A DNA stretch of 64,000 nucleotides. Origin: a bacterium (GTDB lineage Bacteria; UBA8248). Made by a program: the position numbers and the translations under genes. The DNA is taken from contig OZ241875.1 in assembly GCA_965203325.1 (NCBI GenBank), forward strand, positions 4,320,001 to 4,384,000, written 5' to 3'. Of the stretch, positions 29,096-38,895 are shown piece by piece (positions within the stretch are counted from its first letter, which is position 1; each line of letters begins with the position of its first letter). The notes under the pieces are model-generated. The model did not search any database. It was not told where the DNA came from and worked only from the letters and a program-made list of their open reading frames with translations.

Positions 29096-30844
29096 TTATG
29101 CTGTCAGCGCCTCTTTGCCGGCGACTTTCCTGAAGAGCACGACGCAGATCAGCAGCGCGACCGTCTGCGCGATGGAAAGGGCCGACGTCATGGGTTCGTT
29201 CTCGAAGTTCGAGAGATAATACACACCGACGGAGAGCGTCTCCGTTCCGGCGGAATACAGTATGATGGAGATGGAGAGTTCCCTTAAGAAAATGACGAAC
29301 AGCAGAATCCACCCGGCGAAGATGCCCGGTTTGAGCAGCGGGATGGTGATTCTCCTGAGCGTTGTGAGCCACGTAGCCCCAGCCATGCGAGAACTCTGGT
29401 CGAGTTCCTCGGATACGGCCATCATGATGGAGGAGATGTTCCGCTGCCCGTAGGGGAAAAAGCGCGTGATGTAGCCGAGCAGCAGAATCCACAGCGTGGC
29501 GTAGATGGGTGTCCTGATGTAGGTGACGAGAACGCCCATCGCCAGCACGATGCCGGGGAAGCCGATGGGAATCACGCTCAGGAAATCGAGCACCCGCGCG
29601 CCGTAGCCCTTGGTGCGGTGGATCATGTAGCTCACGATGATGGCCACCACCATGGCGATGGAGGCGCCGCCGAACGCGAGGATGAAGCTGTTGATGATGC
29701 CGTTGGTGGCCGCCTGGATGCTCTCGGGCCACCAGAAGAAGAGCACCTTCTGGTAGTTCCAGAACGTGAGTTCCGACCAGATGATCCTCCCCGACCATAT
29801 CTTGTGCAGGCTCACGAAGAAAAGGCAGATGGTGGGGAAAACCACGGCGACGCACACGTATAATACGTTGTATCCGAATGCGAGCCACCGCCATCCGCCC
29901 AGGTCGATGAGATTCGGCCGGAAGCCCTTGCCGGTCACCGTCGTATAGGAACGCGGCGCGATGATTCTGTGCTGAACCCAGATGAAAAACGCCGTCACCA
30001 CGCCCACCACCATGCTCATCGCGGCGCCGAGGTAGTGGTTCGCGTCGTCTCCCACCGCTTTCGTGAATATCTGCGTCGTCAGCGTCTCCCAGCCGAAGGG
30101 TGCGGAGAGTTTGAAGGGGACGCCGAACTCCCCTGCCGTCGTCACGAACACGATGATGGCGCCCGAGAGAATCGCGGGCGTCACTAGGGGCAGTGTGATG
30201 GTAAATGTGGTTCGCAAGAGGCCCGCTCCCGTCGTGCGCGCGCTGTCTTCCAGCGATGGGTCCATGCGCCTGAGCGAGCCCACCACGAACAGGTAGACGA
30301 GGGGGGCGAAGAAAATGCCCGTCACCCAGATGACGCCCCACAGGTTGTTGACGTTGAACAGCGGGAAAGAAATGCCAAATACGGATTTCGCCATGTTGTT
30401 CAGCAGGCCGACTTTCGGGGAGGCCAGATTGTGCCAGGCGATGGCGCCCACGAAAGGACTCAGGAAGAAGGGGATGAGGTTGAAGGGTTCGAGTTGCTCC
30501 CGGAACGGGCAGTTGGTTCTTGCGTTGATCCACGCGAGCGAAACGCCGAGCAACGTAGCCAGAATGGTGCAGCCCGTGCTGATGATGGCGGTATTGATGA
30601 GGGCTTTTCTGATGACGCGGCCCTGGAATACCTCCCTGTAGTTCTGAAGCCCCCACTCGGTGTCGAACCCCAGGTCGTCGAGCACCAGAAAGCTGTTGAT
30701 GACGAGCGCGACCAGCGGCACGATGACCGCCACCGCCACGATGAGGCCGACGATGGTCGTGATGATGTTTTCCTGCGTGAACCAGGTGCGCCAGCCGCGC
30801 GGTGGAGCGACGTCGATTTGGGGTGCTGCGGTATCCGTAGCCAT
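29096..30844 (-). CDS. Fe3+/thiamine-type ABC transporter fused double permease
   Basis: Two EAA-like loops (DPSLEDSARTTGA; EELDQSSRMAGA), 582 aa multi-TM. Confidence 0.9.
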   Translation of the reverse strand: MATDTAAPQIDVAPPRGWRTWFTQENIITTIVGLIVAVAVIVPLVALVINSFLVLDDLGFDTEWGLQNYREVFQGRVIRKALINTAIISTGCTILATLLGVSLAWINARTNCPFREQLEPFNLIPFFLSPFVGAIAWHNLASPKVGLLNNMAKSVFGISFPLFNVNNLWGVIWVTGIFFAPLVYLFVVGSLRRMDPSLEDSARTTGAGLLRTTFTITLPLVTPAILSGAIIVFVTTAGEFGVPFKLSAPFGWETLTTQIFTKAVGDDANHYLGAAMSMVVGVVTAFFIWVQHRIIAPRSYTTVTGKGFRPNLIDLGGWRWLAFGYNVLYVCVAVVFPTICLFFVSLHKIWSGRIIWSELTFWNYQKVLFFWWPESIQAATNGIINSFILAFGGASIAMVVAIIVSYMIHRTKGYGARVLDFLSVIPIGFPGIVLAMGVLVTYIRTPIYATLWILLLGYITRFFPYGQRNISSIMMAVSEELDQSSRMAGATWLTTLRRITIPLLKPGIFAGWILLFVIFLRELSISIILYSAGTETLSVGVYYLSNFENEPMTSALSIAQTVALLICVVLFRKVAGKEALTA

Positions 30845-31104
30845 AATGTTATTGATGCAACCTTTCCTGCGAACGCAAGTCTTTTCGGGAATACGAACAA
30901 AAGAATATAAAGAAGGTCGTTTTCAAAAGCAACACGCCCCGCGATCCGTCACGTAGATTCGCAGGGGAGTTCGTCTTCTGAAAAATGCTCACTGCGCGTT
31001 ACATCGCGAAGGCTCTGCCACGCCGGCGACGGCATAGCGATTCCGGCCAAGCTCTCGCGGCGTAACGCGCCGCTGATGTTCTTGGTTCGTTGCTTCATGC
31101 AAGA

Positions 31105-31135
31105 AGGGTGGGAGTCCAAAAAGGACTCCCACCCT
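31105..31135 (-). terminator. Hairpin downstream of the SBP gene (terminator or mRNA stabiliser)
   Basis: agggtgggagtcc-aaaaa-ggactcccaccct, perfect 13-bp stem. Confidence 0.65.
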
Positions 31136-31160
31136 ATCGAGCAACAATTAATAAAGCGTC

Positions 31161-32267
31161 CTACTTGAAGCGCTTGATGAATTCGGCGCGTGTCGCCTTG
31201 AACTTCTTCTGCGCTGCCACCCAGTCCTTGAGACCCAGCAGCTTGTGCTTGCTCAGGTCGAGAAGATAGGGAGCCACAGCCTTGGGCGGCTTGTAGCCGG
31301 CGCGGAAGCTGTAGACGGCCTCGCCTTCCACGTATACGTCGGTGCCCTCTTTGGTGAGGAGGAATTCAACCAGCAGTTTGGCCGCGTTGGGATTCGGCGC
31401 GCCTTTAAGAGCGACCGCCTGGTTGCCCAGCATGACCTGGCCTTCTTTGTAGTAGCCGGTCCTGAGGACTTTGGCGAGGTCGGGTTTCTTGAGGACGTTC
31501 TGATACACACGGCCCGTAATGTTCCAGGGGTCGAGGCCGCGCTCGCAGTTGATGAGCACCTGCATCTTGGGCTCTGTGCGGAACATGACGACGGGCTTCG
31601 TGGCTTTCAGGGCGTCCCAGTACTTGTTCATGTCCATGCCGTTTTCGATGAGCGAGATGACGGTGTTGGTGTAGGTGAAGCTCTTGGTGATGTCGCCGGC
31701 GATGGTCTGACCCATCACCTTTTTGGAGATCGTGTCGGCGTAGGACGTGACGTTGAGGTCCTTCATGCCCTTGCAGGCGGTGTTCCACACCGGCTGGAAG
31801 GTGTAGGCCAGAGGGGTCACGACGTAGGGGTAGTTCGCGTACTGGCCGGCTTTCTTGATCACATCCGCGAAGTTTTTGTTCCACTCGGCGCTGTCGAGCT
31901 TCTGGAATGCGCCGCGCTTATGGGCCGCTGCGAAGAAGCCGGGCGCGCTCACTACGTGGACGTCGACGGTGAATTTGTTGGCCTTGATCTCCTGGGTCAC
32001 CTGGGCGACGGTGGAGCCGGTGCCCTTGCGCAGGTTGCGGAACTTGAAGCCGTCGCCCAAGCCGTAATACTTGGCGAAGGCCGGGCCCATGCGCTTGGCC
32101 GTGCGGTCGCTGAACAGCGGGTTGATGATGGTGACGGCGCCCTCTTTTTTGGCCGCGCGTACGAGTTCTTTCTGGTTTTTCATCATCGCTTCGGATACGA
32201 GCACGCCCGATGCGAAGACGGCCAGAGCCGCGACGGCGGCAACGAAGTAACGGATACGGGATTTCAT
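31161..32267 (-). CDS. Extracellular solute-binding protein (AfuA/PotD-like)
   Basis: Signal peptide, AAKKEG, APNPNAAKLLVEFLL. GAGGAG RBS. Confidence 0.88.
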   Translation of the reverse strand: MKSRIRYFVAAVAALAVFASGVLVSEAMMKNQKELVRAAKKEGAVTIINPLFSDRTAKRMGPAFAKYYGLGDGFKFRNLRKGTGSTVAQVTQEIKANKFTVDVHVVSAPGFFAAAHKRGAFQKLDSAEWNKNFADVIKKAGQYANYPYVVTPLAYTFQPVWNTACKGMKDLNVTSYADTISKKVMGQTIAGDITKSFTYTNTVISLIENGMDMNKYWDALKATKPVVMFRTEPKMQVLINCERGLDPWNITGRVYQNVLKKPDLAKVLRTGYYKEGQVMLGNQAVALKGAPNPNAAKLLVEFLLTKEGTDVYVEGEAVYSFRAGYKPPKAVAPYLLDLSKHKLLGLKDWVAAQKKFKATRAEFIKRFK

Positions 32268-32640
32268 CGAAAATCTCCTCATGCTGGGATAGAGTGGAGG
32301 CCAAGCCCCCGGTTAATTTAAAAAGATTCGCTTAATTCGCATTCACCAGCAAACTCTCAGAAAGTAAAGAAAACGACGCAATAACCGCTTGCTTTGTTTA
32401 CTGTCTGCGAATTTTTGTGTTAGGGAAGATAGCAGATTCACAATGTCTGTCAAATGCCGTTTTTTGTTCCGGCAGGCGAAAACCCGTGTCGATTATTCGC
32501 ACATCCCGGTCAAGAGGCGAGGGAAGGGAAGCGCCTTACCCGCAACTGGCGCGGGCAAGAGTACTCCGGCGCTTCATCGAGCCGCGTCCCCGTATGGTTT
32601 TCCATCGCAGGTTGGGATTTCGAGAGAGGATTTTTTGAAC

Positions 32641-33465
32641 GTGAAATCGACCGCATCACATCTTATTCAGAGCCACAGGCTGGTAGCCCCTCAGGGTTCG
32701 TTCATGGAACATGTGGAGGTGATCCTCATCGGGGATGGACCTTACGTTCTCTTCGATGCGGGCTACCGCGAGTGTATTCCCGAGTTGCTCTCCTGGGTGG
32801 AAGCGCGCGCCGGGGATGCGCTGGAGAAACTCGTCCTGACGCACCACCACTTCGACCATTCCGGCGGCGCCGAGGCGGTTTGCGAGCGATTCAATGTTCC
32901 GGCCTACGCCCATCCCCTGGAGATGCGATTGCTCGAAGAGGAACAGCCGGGTCTATCGGTTTCTCCGATCAGGGAAGGGGAATTCGTCGAGTTGGGAGGC
33001 ATGCGCCTGGAAGCCGTTCTCACGCCGGGCCATTCTCCCGGACACCTTTCTTTCTGGTGGGAGGAGGAAAGGATTCTTTTGGGAGGCGACAATGTTTTGC
33101 TACCCTCCACGACGGCGGTGACCGCGCCCAAGGGGAATCTGGGGGATTACCTCGAATCTCTGGAGAAGGTAAAGAAACTCGCGCCTCGCCTCATCTACCC
33201 CGGCCACGGCCCGGTGATCGAAGACCCGATTGGCCGCATCGACGAACTCATCGAACACCGCAAGATGCGCGATGAGCAGTATCTCGAAGCCTTGGAAGAG
33301 GGCCACGACACGCCGGCCAAGATAGCGGAACTGATATATAAGGACTTGCCGGAGCCCCAGAGAGACCTGGGCGCCCGCGTAATAGAACTGCATCTCGAAA
33401 GATTCGTAAAATCCGGAGAAGTCGCTTGCGCCGACGGGCGCTATTCATTGACGGGTTCGATTTAG
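32641..33465 (+). CDS. MBL-fold metallo-hydrolase (LACTB2-like, C-terminal winged helix)
   Basis: THHHFDHSGG, TPGHSPGH, GGD, YPGHG. Start codon uncertain. Confidence 0.88.
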   Translation: MKSTASHLIQSHRLVAPQGSFMEHVEVILIGDGPYVLFDAGYRECIPELLSWVEARAGDALEKLVLTHHHFDHSGGAEAVCERFNVPAYAHPLEMRLLEEEQPGLSVSPIREGEFVELGGMRLEAVLTPGHSPGHLSFWWEEERILLGGDNVLLPSTTAVTAPKGNLGDYLESLEKVKKLAPRLIYPGHGPVIEDPIGRIDELIEHRKMRDEQYLEALEEGHDTPAKIAELIYKDLPEPQRDLGARVIELHLERFVKSGEVACADGRYSLTGSI

Positions 33466-33477
33466 GGGAGAGGGCTT

Positions 33478-34287
33478 TTGCTCACCAACTGTCACACGCT
33501 GGTTCTGCGGGCGCTGCTGGAGCGCCACCCCGAGATGCCTCATCCCGGGGATGACGCCTACGTCTACAACGTGGCGCCCGACTCCCTGCCCCTCTCGGGG
33601 GAATTCAAGCCCCGGGACACCCACCGCTTCGCCCCGCCTGAGGGCGTGATGGAGCGATTCCCGAAACTCTTGTGGGTGAAATGCCATCTGGTGGTCGACA
33701 ACCTGTGTCACTACGGGAGCGTCGCCAAGAAAAAGAGCGGATTGTCTCCCTCTCAAAAACAGGGTTACACCTACCGCAAGGGGGTTGAACTCATCCCATT
33801 GATGCGCGAATTCACGCAAGAATTGGGCGTTGCGCCCGATGAGGCGAGTCTCCACTATCTTGCGCACGTTTTGGTCGAAATCGCAGTCGACTACGCCATC
33901 CATCTCGACGACGGGACCGTGGGAGAGCAGCTTCGCGATGCGCAGGACGCGATGACGGAAGCGCAAAAACGCGACTACGCCGAGGGTCTCGGCGCCTTGT
34001 ATGGCTGTAAGCCTGAGAAAGTCGCGCGCGCGCGCGGCGCTCCCCGTAAGTTCTATGGAGATTGGCACGACGTGGAGCATCTCTTCGTGAATGGACGGAC
34101 GAAAATCGTCCTGAGGAAGCTCGGGTTGCCCTTCAGCGAGGAGAACACGGAGCGGACGTGCCGCCTCATCGAAGAGGGGGCGCGGTTGACGAGCGATTAC
34201 ATGGATTTCATCGATGAGTCCGTGGATGCGCTCTCGGATTGGGCGGCCTGGGAAGGAGAGGTCGCCATAGAGGGCGCGGGTTTTTGA
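33478..34287 (+). CDS. Hypothetical protein, possible Zn-dependent phospholipase C/nuclease P1-like fold
   Basis: N-terminal His, APD, THRF, HLVVDNLCH, HVLVEIAVD motif order. Confidence 0.55.
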   Translation: MLTNCHTLVLRALLERHPEMPHPGDDAYVYNVAPDSLPLSGEFKPRDTHRFAPPEGVMERFPKLLWVKCHLVVDNLCHYGSVAKKKSGLSPSQKQGYTYRKGVELIPLMREFTQELGVAPDEASLHYLAHVLVEIAVDYAIHLDDGTVGEQLRDAQDAMTEAQKRDYAEGLGALYGCKPEKVARARGAPRKFYGDWHDVEHLFVNGRTKIVLRKLGLPFSEENTERTCRLIEEGARLTSDYMDFIDESVDALSDWAAWEGEVAIEGAGF

Positions 34288-34450
34288 CTTCGCGCACATC
34301 GCCGGTTAAACATTATGGAAATTATCCGTCCGTCTGCATGAGGACTTTGCCGGGCATTAGCCGGGCATTAGAAAAGGGGCATCCGGGCGAGGTAGACTGC
34401 CCCTGCGTTCGAGTGAGTATTTTTTCCGAGGGAAGCGGGGTGACGGGTGG

Positions 34451-34618
34451 TCAATCCTGGGCTGGCGGGCGTGGCGACAGCCAGCCTTCCATCACGCCTT
34501 CGATGTGTGATATCCGCGCATCGAGTCCGCTTATTTTTCGCCACAGGGAAAACCAGCCCAGTCCGAACAGGATGATCATCGGGAAGTTGGATTGATCCAG
34601 TAATGTGACCCAGTTCAT
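34451..34618 (-). CDS. Small single-TM protein (55 aa), missed by the ORF track
   Basis: MNWVTLLDQSNFPMIILFGLGWFSLWRKISGLDARISHIEGVMEGWLSPRPPAQD. AAGGA RBS upstream. Confidence 0.6.
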   Translation of the reverse strand: MNWVTLLDQSNFPMIILFGLGWFSLWRKISGLDARISHIEGVMEGWLSPRPPAQD

Positions 34619-34871
34619 TGTATTCTATCCTTATAAAAGAAATGTAACTGGGTCCCCAGATACAATTAAGTCCTAGCACATATGTTCAAGGACATCAATT
34701 CTCCCGTTCAGGGAGGTTGTTTCAACGCCGCTGGCCAAGCGAAAAACACCGCACAATACAACGCTCTTCCGCGCTATTTTTCCAGTTTTTGCGCAGGAAA
34801 ATCCTGTAGTTTCAGGTTTGTTTCTGCTTCTACGACGAGCCGGGTTTTCCCGGTCGTCGGAGTTGCGAGTT

Positions 34872-35144
34872 CTAGTTCACGGAGGCCTTCAGGCCCGCTC
34901 CCGCCTTGAACTTCGGCACGGTGGCCGCCGCCACCATAATCTCCTCGCCCGTTCTCGGGTTGCGCGCCTTGCGGGCCGCCCGCTGGGAGACGCTGAATGT
35001 GCCGAAACCCGTGAGCGTCACTTTATCTCCGCTCTTGAGCGCCGAGGTTACAGCGCCCACGAATGCGTCGACTACGCCCTGGGCGCTCGACTTGCTCAGG
35101 TTCGCCTGTGCGGCGATGGCGTCTGCGAGTTCACCTTTGTTCAT
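34872..35144 (-). CDS. hup: HU family DNA-binding protein
   Basis: MNKGEL, GFGTFSV, ARNPRTGE, PKFKAG. Confidence 0.96.
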   Translation of the reverse strand: MNKGELADAIAAQANLSKSSAQGVVDAFVGAVTSALKSGDKVTLTGFGTFSVSQRAARKARNPRTGEEIMVAAATVPKFKAGAGLKASVN

Positions 35145-35364
35145 TTCTTCTTCTCCTCTTTCGCCCTGAGCGGCGCGCGGGCGGTGCGTGCGCGCTCACG
35201 CCTTCTCTGTTTGCTGAAACGATGTCCAACAACAGAAATCCAAAAATGTGTTAGGCGGAAATGAAATACAGGGCGGGCAATTCCTTAATGACGAGCGAAT
35301 TATAGCTATCTATACCATTACTTGCAAGCGCAAAACGCTTGTCTGTCAAGGGATCGCGCTGAAG

Positions 35365-36609
35365 TCACCGGGCGGGGAATTTCCACATGGCATCGTTGCC
35401 GACCATCTGATCGTAGGAGAAAAGCGCGACGCCATCGGCGCCGGCCGTTCGGGCGGCGCGCCATTCGCGCCACAGGCCCGCCGGGTTTTTGGTGAATAGG
35501 TATGCTCCCAGGCCGATGACGACCCCGGGTGCATGCGGAGTCGGGGTTTTCACTCTCTTGGCGGCGAGTGCGCTTCGGCTGATTTGAGCAGCCAGATGTA
35601 CATCCCCGGTATAGTTCATGACCACGGCCTTATGCAGAAACCCTTTTTCGAGCCAGCCCCGCCAGTCCTGAAACGCGGAGAGATAGGCTCGTTCCGCCCA
35701 GGGAAGAACTGCAGCAGAAACAATCACTTGCCTCCTTAAACCTGTGGTCGTTTCATAAACGCCGCGAACCGCCGCCGTGACTTGCGCACGGCGCCACTCA
35801 TCCCATGCCGTGCTGTCGGCGCGCTTCACGCTCACGTCGGCGCGCGGCGCGGTTTTCCGGGTCTCTTGCTCGAAACGGGCGGCCGAGGCCTCGTTGTAGC
35901 CGAAATCAAGACGCGGGGAAAAACGCGATCCCGGCGATATGGGAAGCGCGTAGGGGTAGCGGATGAAATCGAGGTGGACCCCCGCAAGGCGCGGATAGTT
36001 CCGCACGAGGTGCGCCGCGACGGCTATGATGCGTTTTCGGACCCCCAGGTTGCCTGGATCGAGAAAAATTCCCGGTGTTCCGAGACCGAAGCCTTTCGCC
36101 CAAGCGGGTTTTCCCGAAAGGGGATATTCGAGCAGCGAGCGCCCGTATTGATCCTTCAGCACGGCTTCTTCCCCGAGCTCACGGATGATGGGCGCTTTTT
36201 TGTTTCTTGCGAGCGCGAATGCGTTTATCCACGCATGGACCCTGATGGGGCGCTCGCTTTCCTCGCCTCGGGAGGCCAGATCGAGCAGCAAGGCCAGCGG
36301 GTCTTCCCCGGCGCGTTTCGCGGGAGAGTCATCGGCCAGCGACGTTGCGAACCACGCGCGGCCCGAGCGGTAGACCTGCGTGTAGATGTCCGTAACGCCC
36401 GCAGAGCGCGCGCGCTTTACCAGCGCCTTGATTTTATCTGCGCTGTCCAAGGTTCTGTTCGCACCTTCCGCCTGCACCCAAAGGCCGACTTCGAAGGGTT
36501 TGGGTGCGAAGAGGCGCCCGAGGGAATTCTCGTGAAACGAAGAACATCCAGAGACTAGGAGCGCGATAAGCAAGAGACAGAGCGCGCCGGCGCGCGGGAA
36601 TCGATTCAT
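35365..36609 (-). CDS. Glycoside hydrolase-like family 10 (GHL10/YddW-like) lipoprotein
   Basis: Lipobox LVSGC, VHAWIN, FLDPG, GVHLDFIRYP, QDWRGW. Confidence 0.82.
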   Translation of the reverse strand: MNRFPRAGALCLLLIALLVSGCSSFHENSLGRLFAPKPFEVGLWVQAEGANRTLDSADKIKALVKRARSAGVTDIYTQVYRSGRAWFATSLADDSPAKRAGEDPLALLLDLASRGEESERPIRVHAWINAFALARNKKAPIIRELGEEAVLKDQYGRSLLEYPLSGKPAWAKGFGLGTPGIFLDPGNLGVRKRIIAVAAHLVRNYPRLAGVHLDFIRYPYALPISPGSRFSPRLDFGYNEASAARFEQETRKTAPRADVSVKRADSTAWDEWRRAQVTAAVRGVYETTTGLRRQVIVSAAVLPWAERAYLSAFQDWRGWLEKGFLHKAVVMNYTGDVHLAAQISRSALAAKRVKTPTPHAPGVVIGLGAYLFTKNPAGLWREWRAARTAGADGVALFSYDQMVGNDAMWKFPAR

Positions 36610-36745
36610 GCGGGATTTTCCGCGGGCGGGAACAGATGCGCACAAACTACACTTTGCACCGGGGGGAGGTCAACGCAAAATGTGAGGATTTTAGGAGAAA
36701 AAGCCTGACGGACGAAAGTGCGCACTCGCCCGAGGCGGCATCCCG

Positions 36746-37306
36746 TTATTCGGCGTCCAAGGCTTTTCTTGCCGTCGAGGCGGCCTCGGCAAGGGCTCTT
36801 TCTTCCGTCTCCCGCATGGCCTCGCCCTGAATTTCACGGTATGCCTCGATAGCGTTTTGGGTCGATATCCCTCCCTCGAGCGCGTCCCAGCCGGCCAGCG
36901 CCGCGCCCAGATGAGCCGCCTCGGGCGCTGCGGCGTGCTCCGACGCGATGGCGTCGATATCCACCGAGGCGATGCGGATATCGCGGCCATGGATGGCGCT
37001 TTGCGTGTTGAGGACGAGGACGCCGCCCGGTTTGAGCGCATTGCCCATCGGAGGCACGACGGCGAGGAAGGGGTCGCAGACGATTTCCAGATCGTATTCC
37101 GCCGGGATGGCGAGGTCGGGGAGTTGTTCGCGTGAAATTTTCACCACGGCTCGGTCGGGAGAACCCGGGGGAGAGGGAAAGCCGGGCGTGCGCACCTGGG
37201 CGGAGAACCCGGCCTGGTTGGCTGCGCCGGCGAAGATGCGCGCTGTGCTCAGGAAAAGAGCCCCCCCGCCGATTTCGCGTCTTCCATGAAAACAAACCAC
37301 GCGCAT
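36746..37306 (-). CDS. 2-oxoacid:acceptor oxidoreductase gamma-subunit-like protein (divergent)
   Basis: VCFHGRR..GG, G.P..A.V.IS, LKPGGVLVLN, DAIA pattern resembling PorG. Confidence 0.6.
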   Translation of the reverse strand: MRVVCFHGRREIGGGALFLSTARIFAGAANQAGFSAQVRTPGFPSPPGSPDRAVVKISREQLPDLAIPAEYDLEIVCDPFLAVVPPMGNALKPGGVLVLNTQSAIHGRDIRIASVDIDAIASEHAAAPEAAHLGAALAGWDALEGGISTQNAIEAYREIQGEAMRETEERALAEAASTARKALDAE

Positions 37307-37500
37307 GTTGTATTCCCGTTCTCAAGGAGAAAAAACACAAACCCTTCAACTGCCATATCAAATACGAAGTTTCTTTTCCATGTTTCAAGTTGACATCGAA
37401 AACGCGCGCTCGCAATATGGCCCCAGGGAATTTCCCCAATACCTGCGTTTCCGAAGTTTCTCCTCGCGCGGGCGGTGAACTAAAAAATGGAGAGTGCGGT

Positions 37501-38895
37501 TTGAGCAAGAAGTTCAAGATATTCACATACGGCTGCCAGATGAACCGCTACGATACCGAGACGATTACCGGGTATCTGGAGGCCGAAGGGTATGAGGAGA
37601 CCGAATCGAACGAAGCGGCCGACCTCATCCTGCTGAACACCTGCTCGATTCGCGACAAGGCGGAGCAGAAGGTCTATAGCCAGATCGGGCGTCTCGACAA
37701 GCTCAAAAAATCGAATCCCGCTCTCAAAGTCGGCGTGTGCGGCTGTTTCGCCACGCGTGACGGGGAGGCGATTGCGAAGCGCGGCAAGGCGGTCGACCTC
37801 GTCTTCGGCACCCAGAATATCGCCAAGCTCCCGATGCTGCTTGAGGAGATGGGAGAGCGCCGGGTGGTCGATACCGAGCCGATACCGCCCGATTTTACCG
37901 AACTCGCTCCGATGGTGCGCGGCGGCGGCCTGAACGCCTTCGTGAGCATCGCGCGCGGCTGCGATAATTTCTGCACCTTCTGCGTCGTGCCCTACACGCG
38001 CGGACCCGAGTGGAGCAAGCCGAGCGAACTCATCGTGGACGAAGTCGAGCGCGCGGTGGGGGAGGGCTTTCGCGAGGTAACCCTCCTCGGCCAGAACGTG
38101 AATTCCTACGGCCGCAAATCCCCGGATGAGCTTACCTTCGGCGGCCTGCTGAGGCGTCTGAACGAGGTGGATGGCCTCGAGCGCATTCGCTTCATGACGT
38201 CGCACCCCAAGGATTGCGATGAGGACATGGTCGATGCGATGGGGGAATCCCCCAAAGTGTGCGAGCATCTTCATCTTCCGGTTCAATCGGGTGCGGACGC
38301 GGTGCTCGCGCGCATGGAGCGCGGCTATACGGCGGAGGAATATCTGGAAAAAGTCTCTCTCTTCCGGGAGCGCGTGAAGGATGGCGTGTTGACTTCCGAC
38401 GTCATCATCGGCTTCCCCGGCGAGCGGGATGCGGATTTCGAGGATACGCTTCGCGTCTTGCGCGAGGCGCGCTACGACAACATCTATATGTTCAAATACT
38501 CTCCCCGGCCCGGAACGCCCGCGTTCGACATGGAAGACACCCTTCCCGAGGAAGTGCTCACAGAGCGCTTCGAGGAGGCCAGCCGGGTGCAGCGCGAGGT
38601 GACGGAGAATCTGCATGCGGAGCTCGTCGGGAGCAGCCAGCAGGTGATGGTCGAGAGCGCGGTGAAGCCCAAGAGCGCGCCCGCCGGATGCGCGGGCTGC
38701 CCCGATTTTGCGGATGAGCTGGACTCGAACTGGTTTGCGGGTCGCAGTCGGGGCAATCACAGGGTACAATTATACGCGGAGGGTTTTACGCCCGAGCCTG
38801 GAGACGTGGTCGAGGTGAAAATCATGAGGGGCGGCATTCACTCTCTGGCGGGCGTCTCGCCGCCAAGCGCCGTGGTGATGGAGGAAGGGGAATGA
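37501..38895 (+). CDS. miaB: tRNA-2-methylthio-N6-dimethylallyladenosine synthase
   Basis: TYGCQMN, NTCSIRDKAEQK, GCDNFCTFCVVPYTRG, TSHP, TRAM domain. Confidence 0.95.
   Translation: MSKKFKIFTYGCQMNRYDTETITGYLEAEGYEETESNEAADLILLNTCSIRDKAEQKVYSQIGRLDKLKKSNPALKVGVCGCFATRDGEAIAKRGKAVDLVFGTQNIAKLPMLLEEMGERRVVDTEPIPPDFTELAPMVRGGGLNAFVSIARGCDNFCTFCVVPYTRGPEWSKPSELIVDEVERAVGEGFREVTLLGQNVNSYGRKSPDELTFGGLLRRLNEVDGLERIRFMTSHPKDCDEDMVDAMGESPKVCEHLHLPVQSGADAVLARMERGYTAEEYLEKVSLFRERVKDGVLTSDVIIGFPGERDADFEDTLRVLREARYDNIYMFKYSPRPGTPAFDMEDTLPEEVLTERFEEASRVQREVTENLHAELVGSSQQVMVESAVKPKSAPAGCAGCPDFADELDSNWFAGRSRGNHRVQLYAEGFTPEPGDVVEVKIMRGGIHSLAGVSPPSAVVMEEGE

Noticed and set aside
34349..34371. Tandem gccgggcatta x2
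   Set aside because: Only two copies and no supporting context.
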